The position numbers were made by a program, and so were the translations under genes. The notes under the pieces were generated by a model. The model made no database searches and was not told where the DNA came from. It saw nothing but the letters and a program-made list of their open reading frames with translations. A DNA stretch of 61,277 nucleotides, counting the filler. It is 10 parts of 10 records of this genome, joined end to end, with 100 filler letters (N's around TTAATTAATTAA, not from the genome) between each part and the next. Parts side by side here need not be neighbours in the genome. Positions count along the whole stretch, not along the records: positions 29,081 to 35,745 come from SRR7504441_5990; positions 35,846 to 44,202 come from SRR7504441_5995; 8 more parts are not named here. One strand, 5' to 3'. Of the stretch, positions 30,858 through 42,717 are shown piece by piece. Position 1 is the first letter of the stretch. Each line of letters starts with the position of its first letter.

Positions 30858-33800
30858 ATGTCGCTGCTCCCGTCCGGACGCGGGGGCTCCGGGAGCATGA
30901 GCGGGAGCGGCGGGTCGGTCCGGCGGTCCAGGACCAACTCCAAAGACCGGCACGGCAACGTCTCCCCCCCGCCGCCCGCCGCCCCGCCGCGACCGCCCGG
31001 ACAGGTGCAGGGCAGCTCCATCGAGGGAGCCTCCCAGTCAGTGCTCCCGCCCAGGGACGCCTCCATCATGGGGCTCACGCTCAGGCAGAAGCAGGAACGG
31101 CTCCAGGTCCCGCCGCTGGCCTCCAACGGCAGCTCACCAGACCCCGCAGCAATACCTCAAAGAACGCACCGTCAAGAGGAAGCAGAGGCTCTCCGCCCTG
31201 GCCCCGGCCCCTCCCGAGCCGCCGCCGCCGCCCCCGCCCAAGAAGACCGCGATGGACTACGCGCTCGAGAGCAAAGACTACGGGCAGGTGGCCCGTTCGG
31301 ATTTGCCGGCGCGCACGGTGGGCAGGTGCGCAAGTGCACTTGGACTGGCAGTGCGCCGGTGCCGGAGACGGACGAGGATGACTGCTTCCCATACCTGCGC
31401 GGGGTCCGGATGTGTGCTCTGGGGACAAACCACACGGTGGTGCTAGACGAGGAAGGCCTGATGTGCGTGCATATGGGCCTGGCTGGCGTGAGAGTGCTGT
31501 CAGGTACTCATGGGGGTCAAGTTCGTTCGGAGCTCTCGGGCTGGGCGACAGAGAGGACACCGATTTCGACCGGCCGACCCCGACGCTGATCATTGGGAGC
31601 AACTTCGAGACCCGGCGGGTGGTGCAGATATCAGCTGGCGACGATCACTCGCTCGCGCTGACGGATAATTACGTCATGTATGCGTGGGGCTGCGGGACGT
31701 TTGGTCGGCTAGGCTCGGGCGTCGACCGGAACGAGTGCGGCCCATGGCAGTGACGGCCGTGCCTGAGGCTTTGGGCAGGTATGTGCCCCGTAGGGTGGTG
31801 ATGGACCAAAAGGTGGCACGTCCGCTGCGTGCAAACAGACTGACGGATCTGCGCAGTTTGTGTTTATTGCGGCCGGTCAAAACTTTTCGGCGGTTCTGGA
31901 CACCGACGGGCAGCTGTTCACCTGTGGGGCTGGGTATGGCGGGCGGCTCGGGCACGGAGACGAGCTCGTGCGGCGGAACATGACAAAAGTCGAGTTGCCT
32001 GGTGGGGAACTCAGCAGCGATGGCGTTTGATTGGGTCTGGCAGACGGAGCGTATGAGGAAATCGGGGACAATGGGGCGGTTTGGACAGGCGAGAAGGCTG
32101 TTTGGGTGGCGTGTGGTGCCCCGTGCAGAGAGCGTGGCAGGACTGATTATGCTCAGGCGCAAACCACATGGGCGTGGTGATGGAGACGGGGAAAGTATTC
32201 ATGTGGGGCCGTAACGAGCACGGCCAGCTGGGGGTCCCCGACTACCCGGAGGGCAGTCTCAGCCCGATTGGAGTCAATCCTACGTTTGCTTCTGGCAGCT
32301 CCGAGGTGATCCAGGTGGCCTGTGGCAGGTACGAGCCGTCTTGCGTCGGGCCGTTGACCATGATCTGGTAGGTTTCAGACTGGTGTGATCTCAAAAGTGG
32401 GCGAGGTTTCGGTTTGGGGCTGCCAAGTGGTGGATGGCTGGCATAGGAACGGTCAACCCCTCATTAAGGCTGCACCGTTTAATTAGCAAGGGGCAGCTTC
32501 TCAGCTCGAGCCGTTCCAGCCGGAAATCCTGCGTGGGCTGTGTGCAGTGCAGCTTGGGTTCAGCGATGCTGCCTCCGTGGTTTTGACTGATACAGGCGAT
32601 GTGGTGGCATGGAAGGTAGTGCACAGCCTAGTAGTGGATTGGTGAGGTGTGGCGGCCTGGCAGACTCACGAGGTGCCATTCCGAGGTAAGGGCGCGAAGG
32701 AGGTGAAGCCTCCCATGGTGATCAAGCAATGGAAGGGGCTTGGGGTGGTGGAGGTGTGCCTTCTTCTATGATGGATTGTGCTTAGCTGTGATGCGCAGGT
32801 GTTTGCTGGCGAGTCTGAGGGCGACACTGCAGACGAGGCACGGATCATGTGTGTCTGCAATAAACAGATCTGGGCGGAGCGCATCCTTGGCAAACCGAGC
32901 GCTGAACCGCCAGCAGAAGATGACCAAGAGCCTGTGGATCTGCAGGGCGATAGGGCGGACCGCGCCATGGAGAAGATGAAGGGCAAGACTAGCAAAGAGC
33001 TACCGCCCCAGATAGCTGAGGTGGTCACCAGCACGACGGGCGTGGCTGCTAAGACGCTCTCGGGCGACGGGCTCTCGGTGGCCCATCGAGCTTGCATGCT
33101 GGACTCGCCCTCAACTGTCGAACTGCTTGGAACGAGCAATGAGCACAGGAACATCCTGCTCCGCGGGGATAATCAGGGCTCCACTCCGATGCACATGTGC
33201 GTCAATAAGGATGCCCGCGAGGCTCTCTACGGCTTGCTGTGCGCTGGTGTGGAGTACACGGCTGCCGACGATGCGATGTGGCTGCCGATTGAGGACGCGT
33301 TCAGGGCTGGATTGGATGGAGCTTTCGGAGTATTTGTGCGGCACATAGAAGAGCGCTCGACAAAACTGATCGGGGCTGCAATGCGAAACGACGAAGAGGC
33401 TGTGATTGCTAGGCTCCAGGCTGGGGACGACCCTGACGCGGCGACTGGGGACGCCAAGCGAACCGCGTTGATGTGGGCGGCCTCCCTTGGCCCATTTATT
33501 CATCGAAAATCTTGATGGCGACACACCTTTTGATGTGTGTCGAAAGCTCCAGAAGGGGAACGTCGATTCACCGATGATGAAACTACTTGTGGGTGCAGCT
33601 GAGAGGTTGAAGCAGACCTCCGAGATCAATATTGCAGCAATGCGCGGGTCAGATACGCTCAAGGAGCTACTGGAGTCACAAAAGTGCAATGACATTAATC
33701 AATGGGGGGAGTTTGATGAGCGGTACCCGCTAATGTGGGCTTGCTGCTTCCGGCGGCTCAAGTCAGTAGAGCTGCTGATTGATCACGGTGCGCTCGTGAA

Positions 33801-35133
33801 CGGGGTGGAAGGGGATCAAGGCCGCAACTGCCTACATTTTGCGTGCGACAACCACGACGCTGATGTCGCAATGGTGCAGCTGCTACTCGACCACGGTGCA
33901 GATCTTGGTCAGGTTGATTGGAAAGGCAGGCGACCAGTCGAGATGGAAGCTATCCCGGAAGAAGTGAAAGCGCTTCTGCTGAACAAAGCAACACTGTACG
34001 CTGCTCTGCGCTACCGGATGGACACGCTCGTCATCCCTGTTGATGCGGGCTATGACGTCGTACAGTCCAGAATGCGGAAGAACCTGGGCTGTGTGCCGAC
34101 GCTTTGGATCGATCTGCCCGCCCTGCCTGAACTCCAAATCAAGAACGAAAACTTTATGGAAGTGCTCAAAAAGAAGAAAGAAGAGACCGAAATCAATGAG
34201 CTGATATTCTATATCGAATCTGCTCGGCTATCTCGCGAACGGCGCGACCTCGCGAATTCGACAGACCCAGAAGAGAAGCGGTCGCTGCGTGAGAGCACTG
34301 GGTTCAAACGGCTGTGTCGGTTGTGCCACGACGATAACCTGAACACAAAGAGAGAAGCTCGACGCAACTTGGCAAATCTGATCGGAGATGCTGAAGCCAA
34401 TGCCATCGCCAGGATTGACGCCCCAAAGTGGACTGAGGCGTCTATACAGGCGCCAAGGCCGCCACCAGGGAGGGGATACAAGCTTGAAAAGCTACTGGAA
34501 GCGGCCGAGATCGCTGTGGTGAAGAACAAGGAATCGGAACAGGAGTGGCATGATCACATGGCCAAGCAGATCGGACACAAAGTCGATTTGATGAATCTGA
34601 TGCTAGATTTCCAGCAACAGTTTGATCGGATTCAGACCGAAGTCGAGCACTATACAGAGAAAAATGCTAAGATCAAGCGCCGACTAGATATTAAAAAGAA
34701 AACGCTCGCTGAGAAGGAGGCGCAGCTGAAGCAACGAAAGGAGCGGCTGCAGCAGCTGCACGCCGAGACTGCGGAAGATCCAGATATGACACGGCTGTCA
34801 GTTGGTTCATATGACCCGGGTTCCTTTGGAGGTGAACCACTCACCTCCGCTAATAACCTGATTGACCGTCTTGTGTTGTGGACAGGGTCCTTTAGGCAAC
34901 GGCCATCCTTTGGAGCTTTCGAAGGAGAGAGGGTTGGATCTCAAGGCGGCTCTATCGCACAGCGGGCCTCATTCAGGGCCTCCGTAGAGGGGCTTCGAGC
35001 GTCGCTGGCCGCCGAAAAGAGCGCGATGGCTGACCGACAAAGCATGCGTGCATCTATTCAGAGCAACGGAAGTAACGAAAGGGTAGCATCCATTCAGAGG
35101 GACAATAAGAGTAATGCCGCTCGCCGGGGATAA
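30858..35133 (+). CDS. RCC1-repeat + ankyrin-repeat + coiled-coil protein; about a dozen 5' introns; frameshift near 33490
   Basis: RCC1 blades (VVQISAGDDHSLALTD..MYAWGCGTFGRLG; IAAGQNFSAVLDTDGQLFTCG...GRLGHGD; VFMWGRNEHGQLG), ankyrin repeats (RTALMWAA, YPLMWACC, NCLHFACD...LLLDHGAD) and a C-terminal coiled coil. Confidence 0.8.
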
Positions 35134-35669
35134 AATTATGTATAATAAACTAAAAGTTAATTCATTGACTAGGATCAAGTTAGCATCAGCTGACGCTGAA
35201 AATGCGGCAGCGCCCTACTTACAACAACTTAAGGTACGTAGAGCACCGGTTCGGCCGGTGGGTCTGGACGTTTCCTTTGGCTTTTGGTTGCCTTGAACGG
35301 TCGCGCTTTGCCTTTTGAGCCAACGGCCGGCATGTGCATTGCAGGTCTCAGCAATGCCTGCTTAGGCCCTCGGCCTGTCCCTAGCTTGAATAGACTCGGG
35401 CGCCCTTTGCCCCTTCTCCCAGTCTCAGGGGCTGCAAACGGATGGATCGGCACAGGCGTTTTGGCTCGCCCTCCACGGCCCGATGATGCCGTGGGACTCG
35501 ATCTGCTAACCTCGATTGGCACTGCTGCCGCCGCTTTCGAGTGGTCGCAGGCTAGATGTCCGTTGTTGTTTCCGACTAGGTCGCACTCGTCGAGCTGGCC
35601 GAGCTCGGAGTGAATCCATTGCCCACCGGGGCCCTCGCACTCACCTGCCCACCTGCTCACTCGGGCGGC

Positions 35670-35745
35670 CACAGCTATAGCCACAGCACAGTACACAGTA
35701 CAGTATACTATAGCTACAGCTACAGCTACAGCCACAGCTACAGTA
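35670..35745 (+). repeat. Degenerate (ACAGCT/ACAGT)n simple repeat at contig end
   Basis: CACAGCTATAGCCACAGCACAGTACACAGTACAGTATACTATAGCTACAGCTACAGCTACAGCCACAGCTACAGTA. Confidence 0.8.
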
Positions 35746-35845
35746 NNNNNNNNNNNNNNNNNNNNNNNNNNNNNNNNNNNNNNNNNNNNTTAATTAATTA
35801 ANNNNNNNNNNNNNNNNNNNNNNNNNNNNNNNNNNNNNNNNNNNN

Positions 35846-38800
35846 CCGAGATTGCCAGCCAAGGCCACAGCATCATGGAGCAGATCGACGTGGGGTGGAG
35901 TATCGCATGCAGTCAACAGAGCATGTTGCACAGTTGAGCCTCCTCGCTGTATGAGTCGCTCAAGGAAGCGCAAGCAGTTAGATGCACAGGAAAGCGCATC
36001 TTTGGTTAGGACATACCGCGCGCTGGCCGACAATCTAGTCAGGTCTGGCTCCAATTTCGGTTCGAGAGCTTCGTGAAGCGCACGCAACACCTGGGACCGT
36101 AAGACCTCAGATACAAGTGTTACATGCAACATTGCTAACACACACCTGGGACCGTAAGACATATTGCGATGACGGGACACTGCCGGTGCACGTCAGAACT
36201 TCCACAAAGGCGAGAGCACACGACTTTGGGACCTGGTCTAAGAGCTCCGAGGCTAGAGACAATGGGGTCAGGCCTTCAGGTATCGAGGAAGCTGGGCTAC
36301 TGCTAAGGACGGATGACCAGAGTGGTGGCACTTGAATCCTGTTCGATTGGATTCGCTCGCAGAAAGCTACACGAGCGAGGATGAGATGGGCCAACTTGCA
36401 CAAAGTCGGTTCGTGGCAAGACTGAAGCTCACCTCTGCGGCACAAGATGGCAAGAATAGTCAGAACTGAATCAATGAAAGATCTCAACTCTTTTTTCGAG
36501 GTCGGGCCACTGAGTGTCATTAGGGTTTCATGCGCACGGCGTTGGAAGGCTTGAAGTGCTCCACTAAATGCCACCGCCTGGCGACTGCAGAGGACGACCT
36601 TGGATATCAACGCCCTGCGTGCAGCCCGGACATGGCGCTTATGGTCTGCAAAGGCACTTTGTGCATCGGGCAATCGGGTCATCTCGACGGACGCGACATG
36701 GCAGGCGTCACCTATTGCGCTGTGTTGGGTAACTGCAGTGACTGCAGCAGGGTTCGGGGTGGTGTTGACCAATGCTAAAGATATGACAGCTTCTACATGC
36801 GATGCCACGCGTGGCTCATGCTGTGCGTAACCCCGTAGCAAGAGGTTGAACAGCAATTCAGGATCATCACAAAGACTCGATAAAACTTTGTCGTCGAACT
36901 GATCATCGACTCCATCTTTGTGCTTATAATCAATGATTTGAGTAATTGCCTTCGCGGTGCTTGATCGATAGTTTGGTGGTATGTGATCAGTAAGCCAGCG
37001 GACCGAAAAGCCTTCAGCTGGGTGCCATGAATGTGAAATGAAAGCACGGATGGCAGGATCTCGGCGCATGAGTGTCGGTATCACATGGATAGCGCACCCA
37101 ATGAGCATTTTGCTCCCACGGCTGGCCCATCGATCACCAGCACTGCGCTGACGAGTCGCAACCCATTGCAACAGGGAACCGGGCTGAGCAAGAGAGCCTC
37201 CAAATTCCATGAGCAACGAAGTGGCCCGTTTAGCCAACTCACCTTGCTTCGAGAGGGCTGCAACGCGGTGAACTAGATCAAGAGTTGCGACAAAACCAGG
37301 AACGTTGCACAACCGTGCCTCGACATGCCCAATCTCAGAGACTTTGCACAGCATCGCAGTTCCATTCAGCATTCTGACAGAGTTTACAATGTCACCTATA
37401 GGAGTGTGCACAGCATCTTTTACATTCTGGTTTTCGTCCAGCCATTCCTTGACAGCACTAATGAAAATGTGCCCGAATTGCACATGCTCAATGGACAACT
37501 CCACCATCTGAGAAAGGAAATCAAGCCACAGGATTTCTGCATCTGCGCTTTCTCGTGGCAGTTGAATCTGCGCGGACAGCAGCACATCAACAAAGCAGGA
37601 AACTATGCTCACACACGCAGGTACTGCTAGTGACTCTGGGCCACTGCCGTGCACGAGAGGCCTGCGAAGCATAGCTATTAGCCGTACCTCGACCCGCTGC
37701 AGCTGACTGAAGATGGTCCCTCTGTAGAAGTTGTCCGAGCTGAACCTCGGCCGCGACACAGGCGAGCGGAAGGGGGAGGCCATCCTGAGTGGCGACAGAT
37801 ACAAGCTCGGGTCCAAGATCAATGGCACTTCCGGTCTAGATTGGCTAGTTTGCATCTGGACATTTGCTGCCTTGGCGGACAAGCGTTGCCATCTGCTGCA
37901 CACCATTGCTCCTCTCCATTGTTTTGCGACCGGATCTATTGGCTTTGGCTCCAGCATCCGCAAGGTGGATACTGAAAATTCACGTGAGAGCGATGTTCCA
38001 GGCCGAAGGGAGCTAGTAGTCCGGGTGATGGCGTTGAGTGGGGACCTTGGCGTCGATATGACTTGAACGCGCTTGGCATTAAATTGGATCCTGAGAGACC
38101 GCTGGATATATTCCAGTATCTTCAAAGCCGCAAAAAAAACGCATTGCGGCTCCTCCGAGAACAACAGCGTTTCAAGCAAACGTAGGCAGTGCGGAGCGAC
38201 ATCTTCGTCCGGTGCAACTCCTGGACCACCCAGCGGGTGAAGCGCAAGCTTCTGGAGCTCCTCGTTGGTCAATAAATGGTGCTGCGTCTCCGGTAAACTA
38301 GCCAAAACTGTCAACGCACCCAGAGCAGCAACACTCCTTTTGTACTGCAGATGCGCAGGCTCGTTGAACAAAATACCAGACTCAGTGGTTCGTAGATAGC
38401 TAAGCGCCGCATTTTGCCGGAGCCATACCTCCCATCGAGCCATGAAGGCAAGCGCCGCAGGCGTCTGCAGCTGGCCAATCCAAATGACAGCACAGGCAGT
38501 GAAATGAAGGACGTACCTGCCATCACGATAAAAAAGGACAGGATAGGCTAGAAGGCTAGAAGGCTAACATGACTCACTCCCAGCTTGCGCGTGCATCTTC
38601 CTCGTGTTTATTACGGATCACCGCATCTACATCGCCAGCCATCTCTGTCGCCAGCTGCTCCCCGTTGAGAATCTCAAATATCAACTCGAGCAGCTCAAGA
38701 AGATCCTGGTTCTGATCTGGACCCTGTGCGCCTGGCTCTTCATCAAACATCCCGTCGCTGCTGTCTTCCAGGGGCATCTCGTCGCTCAGTGGCAGTATGC

Positions 38801-40715
38801 GATGTAGCTGCATCCTCTGCAGTCTCTCCCCGAAACGATCGTGGCCCATGCAAGAACCTGACGAGCCCAGTACCTTCTGCAAGATCTTTGTAGACAGCAC
38901 CTTGCTGATACAGTTTGAGTGCAATGTCGCTTCGTCCTCGTTGCCTCCAAGAATTACTTCCAACAACCGGAGCGCGGCACTACGTTGCTCATCTGGGGAG
39001 TCGACAAAAATATCGACAATCCGGCAGCTTGCATGGTCTTGACTCTGAAGAAGCACATTGCGCATCTGAGCAAGGAAGCGAGGCTCATCTGCAAAATCAC
39101 ACTCTTCATCATACAGCAATTGTAAAGCGAGCTGCGCTGTTATGGCTCCAGGGCTCTTGCTGAAGCACGTGCCGTCATTGACAGTGCACCAGGCTGAATA
39201 GTGCGCCCCGCAGAATTCGGTACCGATAGGGGGAGGATCGCTCTTGCCATCCAACTGTAGAGGCCTTGCTGCAACCGCCGTTGAGTGAGTCAATAGAACT
39301 GAGTCGAACGAGGCCCGCACTGCCGGCCAGAAAGACTTACACCGCACCAAGGCGTCACCAAGTTGAGATGAAATCTCACAGCACAGGCGGATGGCGATAG
39401 TGAGTGCGGCTGGCAGCACCAAGTGTGCGGGCGAGACTTCGTGAGGCGATGGAGATCGGAAAGCCGACCGTGGCGATGCAGAAGAGCCATTCAACGAGCG
39501 GCGATGGCTGAAGGCAGGGTCGCCTTCAAATGACGAGAAGGACGGAGGCAAATAAGACAATGTCTGGGAAATGAAATTGAGGAGAGCTTCTCCCCAGGTC
39601 TCACGCAAATGACCGACAAGCTTCTCTGCGACCGGCTTGAGCTCCTTGTCATGGGTCTGAACAACTGCATAGAAGGCCCAGATCAGCTCAATTGTCTGCT
39701 GCTGACAAAAGTGCTCCTCTTGGAGCAGAAAGTGTTCAATATGCGGCTCACAGATGCCAAATAGCTCGACCAACATGGCTGCAGGCAGCTGGGGATCGGC
39801 CTGAACGAGGTCGATCACGATGTGCGCAAACCTCGTCTGCATGAAGGCGATATCTTCGAAATGGAGCGAGTCGGCATCCTGCAGCGTGAGCACCGTCTGA
39901 CAGTGGGCCAAGGCCTCGATTATGTCCTGATGGCTCGGGTGATCGTACGCAAGGTAGCAAGCGGCCCGCCAGGCCTCGCACCGCACATGCACATCGCACC
40001 ATATCAGCTCCTTCTCGACCGGGCCTGTGAGTGCCGGACTCGGCCGAACTCCGAGCAACAGCTCCAGCCTGGTCGGAGCCCCGGACTGCCGCCCCAACAG
40101 CCAGCCCCGCACCGCCTCACGCAGTGCACCGCAGCTCAGATCGGCCCGGCAGAACTCGGCGGCGATCGAGATCAGTGCGGCCCGGAAGGAATGGATTGAG
40201 AGCTGCAGGCTGCCCGGAACACCCCGTCCCCCCGCGCGGGGCGAGACGTGCTGGATGCAGCGGACCGCCACGGCCTCGAGCAGCAGGCTGTGGAAACCAG
40301 CCGCAAGGAACACGGCCGGCGCACCCGGCTTGGTGACAAGCTCGAGCACCGCCTGACCGGAGGCAGTGAGGCTGGCGCTGGCGGCCGGCCCGGCCGGCTG
40401 GAGCACCCCACGCTCCTGCCACCAGCCGGCCACCGCCCCGAGCAGCCCCCGGCCGATCTCAGGGCAGCGCTCCAGGTCCACCAACGGCAGCAGCTCGAAC
40501 GCTGCCGGCCCAGCGCTCTCGATCAGCGGCAGCAGCAGACGGGTGGCCCGTTCACCGTCGTCCACCGCCCCTGACAAGGCTTCCTCCAGCTCGGCCAGGC
40601 GCGGGTCCTGCCCAGCCGGTCGCTCCGGACCCAGCGAGCCGCTCCGGCCTCGGCGGTGCCGCCGGCGCATCGTGGGCAACGGCGCCGGAGGAGACAGCAG
40701 CCCGAGCTTGGACAT
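35846..40715 (-). CDS. Very large alpha-helical (ARM/HEAT-like) hypothetical protein, 3'-truncated, 2 introns
   Basis: The 713-aa, 778-aa and terminal ORFs join in frame via GT-AG introns at 38517-38577 (61 nt, containing TAGCCTTC repeats) and 36091-36145 (55 nt). Sequence is Leu-rich and helical. Confidence 0.7.
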
Positions 40716-40719
40716 TTCC

Positions 40720-40890
40720 TACACGGCCACCGGGGGGACCGGTTGGACGGTCAGCGACGGCTGGTGCACCGGCGACCCGTGTGCGGGCTGGACGGGGGTG
40801 ACCTGCGCCAGCAGCCGGGTGCAGCGCCTGCTCCTCAAACTGCAGCTGCAGCCGTTGAAAACATTGGGCCACGTCATCCTGGGCTGTTGA
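40720..40890 (+). pseudogene. Orphan fragment of an LRR N-terminal cap (LRRNT_2-type)
   Basis: YTATGGTGWTVSDGWCTGDPCAGWTGVTCASSRVQRLLL followed by a stop; no dedicated start, signal peptide or LRR array. Confidence 0.6.
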
Positions 40891-40913
40891 CCGGGTGCAT
40901 CACTCGACGTACA

Positions 40914-42395
40914 ATGGGCTGCGACGCCTCCGACGCGTCTGCACCCGAGGAATCGCGCATGCCCCGCGGGCTCCGGGAGATGGCGGCCCGTTGCTCCACA
41001 CGCCAGTTCGACCCGGAGCGGCCGGTGCCAGAGCCGATGGTCCGGGGCATCCTGGAAGCCGCCCGGAGCATCCCGAGCTCGGCCAACACTCAGCCCTGGA
41101 CCGTCCTGGTTGTCCAGGGCGCCGCGCGCGACCAGCTCTCCGCCGGGCTGCTCGCGTCCTTCGACGCCGGCAACGACGGCCAAGCTCAGTATGACCTCCT
41201 GCCCACAGAAATGACCCAGCGCATGCAGCAGGCAGTGGAAGAAGCCGGCCACAAGTACCGAGAGCACCTAAGCCTAGCCCCAGACGATGCCGCCGGTCGT
41301 CGTGCCGCGGACCGGCCGGAGCTCGAATTCGGAGGCGCCCCAGTCCACTTGATCCTGGCAGCGCCGCGTGAGCAGTGCGTGGTGGAGAAGGTGGACGGCG
41401 TCTTCCTCGACATGGGCTCGCTGCTAACTGCGATCCTGCTGGCCGCGCACTCGGATGGGCTTGGCGGCGCGCCTCTGTTCGCCCTGGCGCGGTACCACGC
41501 AGTCTGCCGCGAAGTGCTCGGCCAGCAGCTGCCAGACGATCTGTTGGTCATCTGCGGGGTGAGCCTAGGGTGGCCTGCCAGTGCCGCCCCGCCGGCCTTC
41601 CAGCCCAGCCGGCTTGCAGTGGACGCGACCACGCGCTGGATGAACTGCGACCAGGCCTGGCTCGGGCAATCTGCAGCCTGGAACGGCCCGTCTAGGGAAC
41701 ACAGCCTGATAGAGCTTATTCAGTCGAGACACTGCTCCCACCAGCTGGACACAAGCACGCCTGTCCCCAAGCAGCTGATTGATTCAATACTCGACGCGGC
41801 TCGGAGCGTCCCGTCGATCGGCGATGCCCAGCCTTGGAATGTGACTGTTATTCAGGGCGAGGCGAGAGATGCGCTGTCCACCAGAATGCTCGCAGAGTTT
41901 GATGCTGGGGTTGACGGGAAACAGACGTATAAGAAGTACTCCGCGGCCAACACCGCGCAGATGCAGAAGAGCAAAGACACCTACGGGTATGAACTTTACG
42001 AAGTGAAGCACGGCTTGGAGCGGGACGATAAGGCTGGCAGAAGGCTCAAATACCGCCCGAATTACGAATTCTGGGGAGCTCCCGTGTTGCTGCTGCTGAC
42101 TGTCCCGAAGAGTGCAGCTGGCGGTACATTCGTCGACATCGGCTCTTATATGTATGCGATTCTACTCGGAATGCACTCATTGGGCCTCGGCGGCAAACCG
42201 TTGGGCAGTGTGGCCAAATACACACACATTTGCAAGGAAGTGCTCGGGGAGGAGGCGATGCCTGAGGACGAGCACTTGGTCTGCGGGCTGTGCATCGGTT
42301 GGCCCGTCGAAGGCCGGGATCCATGTGAAACGCCGGACTTCTTTCCCAGTCGATTGACGTTGGAAGAGACCACCCGGTGGGCCACAGTGGTATGA
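40914..42395 (+). CDS. Tandem two-domain nitroreductase-family (FMN) protein, intronless
   Basis: Two homologous halves: RCSTRQF...PVP...ILEAARSIPSSANTQPW...FGGAPV...DMGS...LAAHSDGLG...CGVSLGWP...PSRL, and RHCSHQL...PVP...ILDAARSVPSIGDAQPW...FWGAPV...DIGS...LGMHSLGLG...CGLCIGWP...PSRL. Confidence 0.9.
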   Translation: MGCDASDASAPEESRMPRGLREMAARCSTRQFDPERPVPEPMVRGILEAARSIPSSANTQPWTVLVVQGAARDQLSAGLLASFDAGNDGQAQYDLLPTEMTQRMQQAVEEAGHKYREHLSLAPDDAAGRRAADRPELEFGGAPVHLILAAPREQCVVEKVDGVFLDMGSLLTAILLAAHSDGLGGAPLFALARYHAVCREVLGQQLPDDLLVICGVSLGWPASAAPPAFQPSRLAVDATTRWMNCDQAWLGQSAAWNGPSREHSLIELIQSRHCSHQLDTSTPVPKQLIDSILDAARSVPSIGDAQPWNVTVIQGEARDALSTRMLAEFDAGVDGKQTYKKYSAANTAQMQKSKDTYGYELYEVKHGLERDDKAGRRLKYRPNYEFWGAPVLLLLTVPKSAAGGTFVDIGSYMYAILLGMHSLGLGGKPLGSVAKYTHICKEVLGEEAMPEDEHLVCGLCIGWPVEGRDPCETPDFFPSRLTLEETTRWATVV

Positions 42396-42717
42396 TTCGA
42401 GACCACTTTGTACGACAAAGTCCTTTTCAAAAGCATTGTGAGTATCGTTATGAATAAGCGAATAACATACAAGAATAATTAATTCCAGTATAAAGGAAAG
42501 AACTTAATAATCATCGCATATCGTTAGCTGTTCCGCAGACCATCCTGGCCCCATTCAGCCGCAGAGCAACGCAACAACCGCGGAGATGAACTGCCCGAGA
42601 GATCCACTCGCTGCAAGCTGTTCGGCAGCGCAACCAGCGACCCGGTTTCGGTTCCGCACTCGCGCCGCCATGAGGTTGCACCGAGCCGACATCTCGCAAA
42701 CTTTGGCGTATCAAAAG

